Below, piece by piece: positions 37,205 through 46,211 of a stretch of 64,000 nucleotides of DNA. Location: positions 35,639 to 99,638 of the forward strand of contig CACWLL010000005.1 in NCBI GenBank assembly GCA_902761735.1, read 5' to 3'. The notes under the pieces are model-generated. The model was not told the DNA's origin. It searched no databases and was given only the letters and a program-made list of their open reading frames with translations. This DNA is from an uncultured bacterium. GTDB taxonomy: Bacteria; Cyanobacteriota; Vampirovibrionia; Gastranaerophilales; Gastranaerophilaceae. How positions within the stretch are numbered: the first letter of the stretch is position 1; the number at the start of each line of letters is the position of its first letter. Position numbers and translations under genes: made by a program.

Positions 37205-38278
37205 CTACGCATCTTTGTTTATATCTTTTACACTCAATGCGATTCTGTGTTCTTGCGGTGTAAATTTCTTAATAAGAACTTCCACACTATCACCTATTTT
37301 ATATTCATTGAACGGATTCACATTTTCATCACTCATTTCAGAAACAGGTAACAATGCTTCAACCCCAGGGAAAATATTAATAAATGCACCAAAACCTGTA
37401 ACTTTATTTACGGTACCGGTAATAACCTGACCTTCTTCAAATTTACCTTCGATTTGCTGCCAAGGGTCTTCGCCCATTCTCTTTAATGAAAGTGAAATTC
37501 TTTTCATTTCGCTATCGATTTTAATTATTTTAACTTCCAAAGTTTCGCCTAAAGAAATAACATCTGACGGATGTTTGATTCTTTGCCAAGATATTTCCGA
37601 AATAGGAAGCAAACCGTCAATACCATTGATATCAATAAAGGCACCAAAATCAGCTATTCTAACTACCTCACCTTTAACTACCTGATCTTCCTCAAGAGTT
37701 GAAAGAATGTTATCCACAACCTGATCTCTTTGTTCTGCAACTGCCAATCTTTGAGAAAGAATAAGTTTGTTTTTCTTAGGGTCTGCCTCAAGAACTTTTA
37801 CTTCAATCTTCGTATCAACTAAACCGTCAAAAGGTTGTCCTGTTCTCAATTGGCTTGAAGGAATGAAACCTTTTAAATCGGCAATATCAACAAGGACTCC
37901 GCCTTTAACAATATTAACAACCTTTGCCAATATTGTATCACCTTGAACTTTTGCATCATTTAATTGAGCCCATGCCTGAGCAAATGCCAATCTCTTTAAC
38001 GAAAGAACCATACCGTCTTCATCATTTTCTTCTTTTAAAACATAAAACTCTTTTTCATCACCTACTTCAAGGCTGCTCTCGCCTTCTGCAGAAGGTAATT
38101 CTCTGTTAGGCAAAAATGCTTCTGTTTTAGCACCTCTTACGCTTACTAAATAACCTTCGTTGTCTTTTTTCATAACTGTACCTTCTACGATATCAGCTAC
38201 GGAGTATGTTTTTGAAAAAGATTCTTCTAATAATTTTTCAAATTCATCTAAATTGTTTTTTTCTAATGTTGCTGTCAT
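37205..38278 (-). CDS. rpsA: 30S ribosomal protein S1 (four S1 domains)
   Basis: Repeated G.V..I..FGAF(I/V)(D/N)I S1 motifs. Confidence 0.9.
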   Translation of the reverse strand: MTATLEKNNLDEFEKLLEESFSKTYSVADIVEGTVMKKDNEGYLVSVRGAKTEAFLPNRELPSAEGESSLEVGDEKEFYVLKEENDEDGMVLSLKRLAFAQAWAQLNDAKVQGDTILAKVVNIVKGGVLVDIADLKGFIPSSQLRTGQPFDGLVDTKIEVKVLEADPKKNKLILSQRLAVAEQRDQVVDNILSTLEEDQVVKGEVVRIADFGAFIDINGIDGLLPISEISWQRIKHPSDVISLGETLEVKIIKIDSEMKRISLSLKRMGEDPWQQIEGKFEEGQVITGTVNKVTGFGAFINIFPGVEALLPVSEMSDENVNPFNEYKIGDSVEVLIKKFTPQEHRIALSVKDINKDA

Positions 38279-38295
38279 TTTTATTTTCTCCTTTT

Positions 38296-39156
38296 TTACT
38301 TAATTTTCTCGATAACTTTTTCAATTACATTCTGAGGCGTGGAAGCTCCAGCCGTAATTGATATATTATTTGAACTTTCGATTACATCTTTATAATTATC
38401 AAGTTCCGAATCATTTTCTATATGAATTGTATTTGTTATATTTTTCAAAATTTCTGCCAGATGAGTAGTATTTGCACTCTTTTTTGAACCGACAACTATC
38501 ATCAAATCACTTTCTTTTGCCAGTTCTTTGGCTTCAGACTGTCGCATTGCAGTACTTTGACAAATTGTATTTGCCACATGCAATTCCTTAGATATAGAAG
38601 TTAAATATTCTACAATAGGATTAAGAGTTTTCAACATCTGAGTAGTTTGAACAACAACTCCGACTTTTTTATGCGCCTTAATTTCTTTTTCATATACTTT
38701 TAACTGCTCAACCGAACTTGCGACAACAACTTTATCGCTCCATAATCTTGCATTTGCATTAATCCCTATAACCTCAGGATGTTCTGATTTCCCTACAATA
38801 ACAACAAAATATCCGTCTTTTGCAAGTTCTATAGCTTTCTGTTGAACCTTTTTGACGTCAGGACACGTTAAATCCACAAGTTCAAATCCTGCGGCCTTTA
38901 TTTTATCAATAATCTCCGGACTTTCTCCGTGACTTCTTACGACACAAATTCCCTCACCATGCTGAGGAATTTCATTAATCGTTTTTATGCCAAGAGCTTC
39001 AAGCTCTTCAATTACATCCGTGTTATGGATAAGCTCACCAAGCACAAAAACATTTTTATCAGGGTTTTCTGCTTTTAATTTTTTTGCAGTTTCAACGGCT
39101 CTTTTTACTCCGTAGCAAAAACCTGCAAATTTAGCTAGTTTAATATCTTTAGGCAA
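38296..39156 (-). CDS. ispH: 4-hydroxy-3-methylbut-2-enyl diphosphate reductase
   Basis: FCYGVKRAV, GELIHN and ICQSTAMRQ motifs carrying the three cluster Cys. Confidence 0.92.
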   Translation of the reverse strand: MPKDIKLAKFAGFCYGVKRAVETAKKLKAENPDKNVFVLGELIHNTDVIEELEALGIKTINEIPQHGEGICVVRSHGESPEIIDKIKAAGFELVDLTCPDVKKVQQKAIELAKDGYFVVIVGKSEHPEVIGINANARLWSDKVVVASSVEQLKVYEKEIKAHKKVGVVVQTTQMLKTLNPIVEYLTSISKELHVANTICQSTAMRQSEAKELAKESDLMIVVGSKKSANTTHLAEILKNITNTIHIENDSELDNYKDVIESSNNISITAGASTPQNVIEKVIEKIK

Positions 39157-39245
39157 TGTAAAATTGTCTTCTTTCTTTTAGACTCGCAATTCATAATATA
39201 AATTGCTGTACGATTATTTAAACATAAAAACAAAAATTGTGCAAA

Positions 39246-39809
39246 TTATACTTCGTCAACTTCAGAGAGTTCAATTTTTTCAAAACCTGATTTCAGAGTT
39301 TCAATTGGTGATTTACCCTTTTTTAAAGATTTTTCTATATGTGGATTTGAAATATAAACTTCATCAGTACAAGTTCTATAAGCAATATTTGTAGCCCCTT
39401 TGCCGTTATATAATATTGTTGTCGGTATTTTTAATTTATCAAACACATATCTAAAAATATTAAATACATCCTTACTTTCAGTGTCCGGTTTTGCACCTGC
39501 CAAAACAGCCTGTAATTTATCAGCTTTGTTCATATTAAAATTATTTGTTATTAATTTAAGAATTTGCTTGAAATCATGATTCTTTTCATTTGACGGTACA
39601 AAATGCATTAATAAAGCTTTTTCCCCGTCTGTCACTAATGCCGCACTACAATCACAAACTCTATAAGTAAAAACATCTTTAGCCACCCTGCTGGAGGAAG
39701 AGGTCCAAGGATAATCGACCAGATTGTCCCGACTAAATGAAGACGTAAGGTATGCAAAATCAGATAACGACATTGGTACTAATTTTGAAGAAAAACTCAC
39801 ATTATACAT
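39246..39809 (-). CDS. hypothetical protein with CheD-like (Cys/His deamidase fold) signature, 187 aa
   Basis: VCDCSAALVTDGEKALLMHFVP resembles CheD GSCVAVCL.D....gG.aH..LP. LQAVLAGAK resembles the CheD KI.GGA block. KIPTTILYNGKGATNIAYRTCTDEVYI resembles the C-terminal GG..gR.v.f...tG.v block. Confidence 0.35.
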   Translation of the reverse strand: MYNVSFSSKLVPMSLSDFAYLTSSFSRDNLVDYPWTSSSSRVAKDVFTYRVCDCSAALVTDGEKALLMHFVPSNEKNHDFKQILKLITNNFNMNKADKLQAVLAGAKPDTESKDVFNIFRYVFDKLKIPTTILYNGKGATNIAYRTCTDEVYISNPHIEKSLKKGKSPIETLKSGFEKIELSEVDEV

Positions 39810-39851
39810 ATAAATTAGAAAGCGCCTAAATAAAAATTTTTGCTATTTTAC

Positions 39852-39881
39852 AAAAAAAGGTGCGAATTAACGCACCTTTTT
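39852..39881. terminator. bidirectional Rho-independent terminator downstream of pgk
   Basis: AAAAAAAGGTGCG-AATTAA-CGCACCTTTTT. Confidence 0.85.
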
Positions 39882-39903
39882 ACCTTATTATCTTATGTTA
39901 AGA

Positions 39904-41106
39904 TTACTTTTCATCCAAAGCAGCAACACCAGGAAGAACTTTACCTTCTATAAATTCTAATGAAGCTCCGCCACCTGTTGAAACATGTGTGAAATCTTCT
40001 GCCTTAAAGAATTTTTTAGCAGCAGAAACAGAATCACCACCACCAATAACAGAAGTTGCACCATTCTTTGTAGCATCAACTACTGCCGCAAGAACAGCCT
40101 TCGTTCCTTCTGCAAATTTAGGATTCTCAAATGCCCCTACAGGACCGTTCATCAATATTGTCTTTGAAGATTTAAGAACTTCTGCAAAAGCTTTTCTTGA
40201 TTCTTCGCCGGCATCAACACCTTCAAATCCGTCAGGAATTTCATTGATTTTAACAAACTTATTAGTGCCATTACCTGAAAAATCATCCGTAACCAAAACA
40301 TCTGTTGCCATAACGAGTTTAACACCTTTAGCAGCAGCTTTTGCTTCAATTGCCTTAGCAACTTCCAATTGATCATCTTCGCATATTGAATTACCAATAT
40401 TACCGCCGTTAGCTTTTACGAAAGTATAAGCCATACCACCGCCGATAATCATACTGTCAACTTTATCTAACAAGTTTTCTAATACGCCGATTTTAGATGA
40501 AACTTTTGCGCCGCCAACAACAGCAGTGAAAGGTCTTGTAGGATTATCCAATGCTTGAGATAAGCATCTCAATTCTTTTTCCATCAACAAGCCGGAAACA
40601 GCAGGTTTTAAAACTTTTGCCAACTTCGCTGTTGAAGTGTGATTTCTGTGAGCAGCACCAAAGGCATCATTAACATAAAAATCACCTAATTTTGCTAACT
40701 CATTTGCAAAAGTCATATCATCATCTTTTGCTTCTTCGGCTTTGTAGTAACGAATATTTTCCAATAACGCAACCTGACCGTCTTTCAAATTTGCAAGTTC
40801 TTTTTCTGCACCTTCACCAACAGGAGTTGATACAAATAAAACATCTTCGCCCAATACCTTTGACATGTGTTTTGCAACAGGTTCAAGGGTAAATTCTGGG
40901 TTCCACTCTCCTTTTGGTCTGCCAAGATGAGCCATTAAAATAATTTTTGCACCTTTTTCCTGTAATGCTCTTACTGTAGGTACAATAGCTTGAATTCTTG
41001 TGTCATCGGTAACATTTTTATCAGCATCAAGAGGTACATTTACGTCAACTCTGACTAACGCTCTTTTGCCCCTTACGTCACCCAAATCATTAATAGATTT
41101 TTTCAT
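39904..41106 (-). CDS. pgk: phosphoglycerate kinase
   Basis: RVDVNVPL, ILMAHLGRPKG and GGGDS motifs. Start set at MKKSINDL after the AAGGAG RBS. Confidence 0.95.
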   Translation of the reverse strand: MKKSINDLGDVRGKRALVRVDVNVPLDADKNVTDDTRIQAIVPTVRALQEKGAKIILMAHLGRPKGEWNPEFTLEPVAKHMSKVLGEDVLFVSTPVGEGAEKELANLKDGQVALLENIRYYKAEEAKDDDMTFANELAKLGDFYVNDAFGAAHRNHTSTAKLAKVLKPAVSGLLMEKELRCLSQALDNPTRPFTAVVGGAKVSSKIGVLENLLDKVDSMIIGGGMAYTFVKANGGNIGNSICEDDQLEVAKAIEAKAAAKGVKLVMATDVLVTDDFSGNGTNKFVKINEIPDGFEGVDAGEESRKAFAEVLKSSKTILMNGPVGAFENPKFAEGTKAVLAAVVDATKNGATSVIGGGDSVSAAKKFFKAEDFTHVSTGGGASLEFIEGKVLPGVAALDEK

Positions 41107-41227
41107 AGTTTTCTCCTTATTTATAAAAAATAAATATCTCTCGCATACAAATCGTACACAAAACATAAAAGATTATCAAATTTGGATTACAAAAAAATAT
41201 TATAGCAAAAGTGAGGCTAACATCTTT

Positions 41228-41671
41228 TTATGCTTCCAATTCTCTTCGAATATCTTCTACAGTTACATGTACAACAGGAGTATTCTCATCTTTTTTTAAA
41301 TATACATCCTTTATACCGGATTGAACGATAAATCGCTTACACAATATACATATAAAATTATGACCCCAAATATACATGGTAGCACCTTTACATCTGTCTT
41401 GCCCTGCTTGAATTATTGCATTTTGTTCGGCATGTATAGAACGACAAGTTTCGTATCTGGTTCCTGATTCTATATTATTTTCTATACGATAACATTTTCC
41501 GCGTTCATAGCACGATTCAACTTTTGATGGAGTACCATTGTAGCCTGTCGCTTTAATTTTTTTATCATCGCCTACAATAACTGCACCCACCTGAGCTCTC
41601 AAGCAATTTGAACGGCCTGCACAAGTTTTTGCCATGTCTAAAAAATATTCTTCCCAGCTTTTAATTTCCAT
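41228..41671 (-). CDS. dCMP deaminase (ComEB/CMP-dCMP deaminase zinc-binding family)
   Basis: HAEQNAI and C(I)LC zinc-ligand motifs. 147 aa. Confidence 0.85.
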   Translation of the reverse strand: MEIKSWEEYFLDMAKTCAGRSNCLRAQVGAVIVGDDKKIKATGYNGTPSKVESCYERGKCYRIENNIESGTRYETCRSIHAEQNAIIQAGQDRCKGATMYIWGHNFICILCKRFIVQSGIKDVYLKKDENTPVVHVTVEDIRRELEA

Positions 41672-41683
41672 AGTTTTAAACCC

Positions 41684-42673
41684 TTAATGTTTATAATTCT
41701 TTATTCCGGTAAATATCATTGCTATATTATGTTTATCTGCTAATTCAATAATTTTATCCTCATTTGCCGCCCCTCCCGGCTGAATTATTGTAGAAATTCG
41801 ATTTTGAACCGCAGCATATATACAATCTGCTGTTGGAAGAACGTTATCTGATGCCATAATTGCATCTTTTGCCCCATCACATGCAATATCTGTTGCGGAT
41901 TCACACGCACTAACAGGAGATACAAAACCCTGGGCTATAGCGACTGTCTTAAAATCTTTTGCGATAACTATTGAATTTGAGCGTGCATATTTTGACACTT
42001 TCCACGCAAACACCGCATCCTCAATTTGCTCTGTTGTCGGCTTTGCCTTTGTTACAACCCTGAATGAATGTTTTCCTAAATTACTTCTGTTAAAATCTTG
42101 ATATAAAACCCCAAAAGGTGTTACATGAATATCTTTTTGCATCAACAATTTATATTCCTTTAACGGAGTATTTAATCTTATTACTTTTATAAGAGGATTT
42201 GATTTTAATATTGTAATAGCCTTTTCTTCATACGCAGGGGCTAAAACAAATTTTACGGACATAGAATTTATGAGTTTAGCTGTTTCCACATCAACCTTTT
42301 TTGTGAAACCAATTGCTCCGAAGAAAGATGCCAAAGGGTCGCAATCAAAGGCTTTTGTGTACGCTTCGGCGATTGTTGATGCTAAAGCAACCCCACAAGG
42401 AGCCGCATTTTTTACAATGGCAACAGCACATACATCAAAAAACTCGCTCAAAATATTTGCCAAAAGGTTTGCACTTAAAACTTCATTATAAGAAAGAATT
42501 TGTCCGCTTAAAACTTCATAATCAGCTATTCCGTCCATTTTTAAAATTCCGCCCTTTTGCTGCGGATTTTCCCCATAATACAAATTCCACATTGTATCAA
42601 GCGTTGTATCTAATTCCAACTCCCATTGTCCGCTTGTATCATCGTAAAGTTTTATTTCTGCACGCTTTGCCAT
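41684..42673 (-). CDS. purH: AICAR transformylase domain-only PurH homologue (no MGS/IMP cyclohydrolase domain)
   Basis: YGENPQQ and C-terminal QPGGAANEDKIIELADKHNIAMIFTGIKNYKH match the PurH C-terminal half. Length is only 329 aa. Confidence 0.75.
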   Translation of the reverse strand: MAKRAEIKLYDDTSGQWELELDTTLDTMWNLYYGENPQQKGGILKMDGIADYEVLSGQILSYNEVLSANLLANILSEFFDVCAVAIVKNAAPCGVALASTIAEAYTKAFDCDPLASFFGAIGFTKKVDVETAKLINSMSVKFVLAPAYEEKAITILKSNPLIKVIRLNTPLKEYKLLMQKDIHVTPFGVLYQDFNRSNLGKHSFRVVTKAKPTTEQIEDAVFAWKVSKYARSNSIVIAKDFKTVAIAQGFVSPVSACESATDIACDGAKDAIMASDNVLPTADCIYAAVQNRISTIIQPGGAANEDKIIELADKHNIAMIFTGIKNYKH

Positions 42674-42805
42674 ATTTCTCTATCTCCTTATTATTTTTAA
42701 TTTACCATAAAAAATACATTATGTAATATACATGTTGAAATTAATTTAAGTTTTCTATATAATGAGCAAAGAAATTGTACTAGAAAATAAAAAGGATTCA
42801 CAAAT

Positions 42806-43432
42806 ATGAATAGCATTAAAAATACCGAGGGAGTCGGGAAAAAGATAGTAGAAGCATTGAAACAACAATCTGATGTTGAAATAGTTCCTGTTATGGAAGA
42901 AGTTACATCTGAACCTGAGACTTTCGGAACATCAGAGTTCAAAACGGAACCTGACATGACAACCGAATCATATTCAGCTTCTCAAACTCCATACGAAGAA
43001 ATTAACAATTCTTTAAATTCTTCATTCAACAACAGCTCAAACAGCATGATTGATAATGCATTTAACAACACAATGATGAATTTCAGAACAGGTAATCAGG
43101 ATATGAATTTATCAGCTGTTGATGATATGGATTTACCGGCAAATGTTGCTGTTTTAAGACAATTAATTACAAAAATTCCGGCAGGAGTTTCTAAACAAAC
43201 CGGTGCTTTAATCATTAAGCAAACTATGGAAGCTCTCGGAATTTCGATGACTAATGTTTTGCAAGAAGCACAACAGGTTCAAGATAATTTAACTCAATCG
43301 GTTAAAGATTGCCAAAATAATGTTTTAGAATACAAAAAACAAATCAATATTTTAGAATCACAAGCTCAAAAATATCAAAAACAATTTGCAGCTATCAATG
43401 ATATTATCAGCTTGTTTATCCAAACCAACTAA
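42806..43432 (+). CDS. hypothetical protein, 208 aa; disordered N-terminal half and coiled-coil C-terminus
   Basis: ORF followed by a strong terminator. No motif recognised. Confidence 0.5.
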   Translation: MNSIKNTEGVGKKIVEALKQQSDVEIVPVMEEVTSEPETFGTSEFKTEPDMTTESYSASQTPYEEINNSLNSSFNNSSNSMIDNAFNNTMMNFRTGNQDMNLSAVDDMDLPANVAVLRQLITKIPAGVSKQTGALIIKQTMEALGISMTNVLQEAQQVQDNLTQSVKDCQNNVLEYKKQINILESQAQKYQKQFAAINDIISLFIQTN

Positions 43433-43451
43433 ACTATTTTAAATTTATGAT

Positions 43452-43491
43452 AAACCCCTCATTAATGTACTAATGAGGGGTTTATTTTTTT
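43452..43491 (+). terminator. Rho-independent terminator
   Basis: AAACCCCTCATTA-ATGTAC-TAATGAGGGGTTT followed by a T-run. Confidence 0.9.
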
Positions 43492-43584
43492 ATAATTGAA
43501 TTTTTGCAAAATTAAATAACCTATGATTTTTAATCTCCTTCTTATTCCAAAAATAAAGTAACTGCAAATTGCTATTATATCCTT

Positions 43585-44319
43585 CTATCTTAATTTTATA
43601 ACGGCACTATGCCGATTTGTTGTTCCGTTTTCTTTTCTGTAAGAAAAAAATAAGTCGTTATTACAACAAGTACAATATGGAGCAATATCAATATTTTTTA
43701 TCCCGCACTCTTCAATTTGTCTTGCATTAATCCTCTGTAAATCAACAAAAATTTCACCATCATCTTCTCTAAACAAGCCACTAAAATCAGAAACGGTTTT
43801 ACTCAATTTTTCAAAAACTTCTTCTCCAACATTATAACAACACATACCAATTGCAGCACCGATTGCCGCAGAAATATTTTGCGGTTCGCACCCAAATTCA
43901 TCACACATCATTTTTATTGTTTTTGTTGCAATATTTCCTGCAGTACCACGCCAGCCTGCATGAGATACGGCTCCAATATTTTTAACTTCATCATAAAATA
44001 TCAATGGTGTACAGTCCGCAAAATTCAAAAATATTGCCATATTTATATCTGCTAAAATTAATCCGTCCGTATCGGGATAAGAATTTTTGCCCAAAAACAC
44101 CTGCTCAACATGAGAGGTATGTGTCTGGGACGGAGATAATAAATTCTCATAATCTATGTTTAAATATTTGCAGATATCTCTTTTATTTTTTTCAACAAAA
44201 TCAGCCATATCAGGCTCTTTTGACTTGATACAGCTTTCTTTTGTCGTGAAAAAATGTTCAGTCTTAATTATATCGGATTTTAAGACTCTTTTACCTTTTA
44301 TGTAATCTGAGTAAAACAT
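43585..44319 (-). CDS. pgeF: YfiH/PgeF (DUF152) purine-nucleoside/peptidoglycan-editing family protein
   Basis: SQTHTSHV, ADCTPL and SHAGWRGT motifs. Confidence 0.85.
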   Translation of the reverse strand: MFYSDYIKGKRVLKSDIIKTEHFFTTKESCIKSKEPDMADFVEKNKRDICKYLNIDYENLLSPSQTHTSHVEQVFLGKNSYPDTDGLILADINMAIFLNFADCTPLIFYDEVKNIGAVSHAGWRGTAGNIATKTIKMMCDEFGCEPQNISAAIGAAIGMCCYNVGEEVFEKLSKTVSDFSGLFREDDGEIFVDLQRINARQIEECGIKNIDIAPYCTCCNNDLFFSYRKENGTTNRHSAVIKLR

Positions 44320-44329
44320 TTGATTGTAA

Positions 44330-44515
44330 TTATTTTACATCCTCTTTTATGACAATCAGATTATTCATAATTTTCATAGCACAAGTCGGAAGGACAACAT
44401 GTTCTAAACCGTCAGCAATACTGATAATTTTGCCTGCACCAAGAATTACATCTTCTCCTTTATACATAAATTTGTAATCATCTTTTCTGTCAGAGCGAAT
44501 TGTAACTTTGTTCAT
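44330..44515 (-). CDS. hypothetical 61-aa protein
   Basis: ORF lying between the NTase-like gene and pgeF. No motif recognised. Confidence 0.4.
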   Translation of the reverse strand: MNKVTIRSDRKDDYKFMYKGEDVILGAGKIISIADGLEHVVLPTCAMKIMNNLIVIKEDVK

Positions 44516-44557
44516 TTTGATTTTCCCTTTCGATTATCTTACCTTTACTAAACACAA

Positions 44558-44893
44558 TTAAACTTTTTTTGAAATACCCAACGGGTCATAAAAAATTCCC
44601 TCGGCTATAACCTCATCATATATATCTTCATCATTTTTAAATTCATCCTCAGTGTACGGGTATAAATCTATTGATACCTCGAGCGTAGTTTCAATATGCC
44701 CGATAATCGGCCAAATTTCTTCTCTTTTTGATTTATCTGAATTTTCAAACAGCGCAACAATTTCTATGTCTTCATCCTCGTGCAGTTGTCCGTCACGGCA
44801 AACCCCGAACAAATATAAACCTTTATAATCTTCAAAATTTTTTCTGAATGCGCCGGAGAGTAATTTTATTACCTCATGAATCTTTGTAGACAT
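44558..44893 (-). CDS. minimal nucleotidyltransferase (MNT-like) domain protein with atypical active-site motifs
   Basis: LYLFGVCRDGQLHEDEDIEIVALF corresponds to LFGSxARG....SDxDL of the Pol-beta NTase fold. GS is replaced by GV, and DxD by DxE. Confidence 0.55.
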   Translation of the reverse strand: MSTKIHEVIKLLSGAFRKNFEDYKGLYLFGVCRDGQLHEDEDIEIVALFENSDKSKREEIWPIIGHIETTLEVSIDLYPYTEDEFKNDEDIYDEVIAEGIFYDPLGISKKV

Positions 44894-44911
44894 ATTATAG
44901 ACCCCTTAGAA

Positions 44912-46147
44912 TTAAATTAAAGATAACACTTCATTCCTTTTGACCGTAATTTGTTCGGATGTTTCAAGATTTTTCACAGAAACTTCATCCGCATTAATCT
45001 CATCTTCGCCTAAAATCAATGCAAATTTTGCAACTTTAGACGCTTTTTCCAATTGCTTTGTAAATTTTTTATTTGATAAATCAAATTCAATATTTTTACC
45101 TTGAGCTCTTAAATTCTGAGCCAATTTAAACGCTTCATTAGAATTATTTGAAACGATAAATGCATCCAACTTCCTTGTTTCAATATGAGGCAACAATGCA
45201 TTCAAACGCTCCATACCCATTGCCCAACCAACTGCAGGGGTATCTTCACCTCCGAGGTTTTTCACTAAACTGTCATATCTTCCGCCACCACATACAGCAT
45301 TTTGAGCACCTAAATCATTTGATTTTATCTCGAACACAGTTCTGTTATAATAATCCAAACCTCTTACCAGCAGCTTATTTTCGGTATATTTTACACCGGT
45401 ATCATTCAGATACGATTTAAGCTGAGTGTAATGTTGAGCACATTCATCGCACAAAAAGTCAGACTGTATAACCGCTTTAATCTCCGGCTTTGCATAAATT
45501 GCTTGACATGATTCGACTTTACAGTCTAACAGTCTGAGCGGATTTTTTTCATAACGGGTTTGACAATCCTCGCAAAGATTGTCAAATTCAGGTTTTAAAA
45601 CTTCTTTAATTCTTGCCTTATATTCTTCACGGCACTTTGGACAACCGAGAGAATTTAATTCAACTTCCAAATCATTTAATCCGAGAGCCTTCAAATATTC
45701 TATGGCAAGCAAAATGGCTTCTGCATCCGCAGTAGGCTGCTTTATACCGAACATTTCTATACCTACTTGATGAAACTGACGCTGACGTCCCGCTTGCGGA
45801 CGTTCATATCTGAACATAGGTCCTTTATACCACAGTTTAACAGGTGCAGATAATCTTGACATACCGTTTTCTATAAATGAACGAACCACGCCGGCGGTAT
45901 TCTCCGGACGCAAAGTCAATGATCTGTCACTTTTTTCAAAAGTATACATTTCCTTGTTTACAATATCGGTAGTATCCCCTACTCCGCGAGCAAAAAGCTC
46001 CGTTGCCTCAAAAATAGGGGTTCTTATTTCATGATAACCGTAGCGAGAAAAGACATCTAACGCTGTTTCTTCGAGCCTGTGCCAATCTTCTATATCTTGA
46101 GGTAATATATCCTTAGTCCCTTTAATTACATTGATTATTTTTGCCAT
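44912..46147 (-). CDS. hisS: histidyl-tRNA synthetase
   Basis: MAKIINVIKGTKDILP N-terminus. Class II motifs (FRYERPQAGRQRQF, GGGRYD). Start set at this Met rather than the upstream in-frame Mets. Confidence 0.95.
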   Translation of the reverse strand: MAKIINVIKGTKDILPQDIEDWHRLEETALDVFSRYGYHEIRTPIFEATELFARGVGDTTDIVNKEMYTFEKSDRSLTLRPENTAGVVRSFIENGMSRLSAPVKLWYKGPMFRYERPQAGRQRQFHQVGIEMFGIKQPTADAEAILLAIEYLKALGLNDLEVELNSLGCPKCREEYKARIKEVLKPEFDNLCEDCQTRYEKNPLRLLDCKVESCQAIYAKPEIKAVIQSDFLCDECAQHYTQLKSYLNDTGVKYTENKLLVRGLDYYNRTVFEIKSNDLGAQNAVCGGGRYDSLVKNLGGEDTPAVGWAMGMERLNALLPHIETRKLDAFIVSNNSNEAFKLAQNLRAQGKNIEFDLSNKKFTKQLEKASKVAKFALILGEDEINADEVSVKNLETSEQITVKRNEVLSLI

Positions 46148-46154
46148 ATAAGTA

Positions 46155-46183
46155 ATTATAGCCATGACGAAAACAATTGTCAA
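46155..46183 (-). promoter_or_regulatory. consensus sigma70 promoter abutting the hisS start (possible leaderless mRNA)
   Basis: Minus strand reads TTGACA, a 17-nt spacer, TATAAT, then TACTTAT and the ATG. The ATG lies where transcription would be expected to start, and there is no SD. Confidence 0.5.
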
Positions 46184-46211
46184 TGCACAATACAATGGGA
46201 TTAATATAGTG

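Noticed and set aside
46148-46211. hisS co-transcribed with, and functionally linked to, the upstream giant gene
   Set aside because: A perfect consensus promoter sits in the 64-nt gap, so simple adjacency is the more economical explanation. Read-through cannot be excluded.
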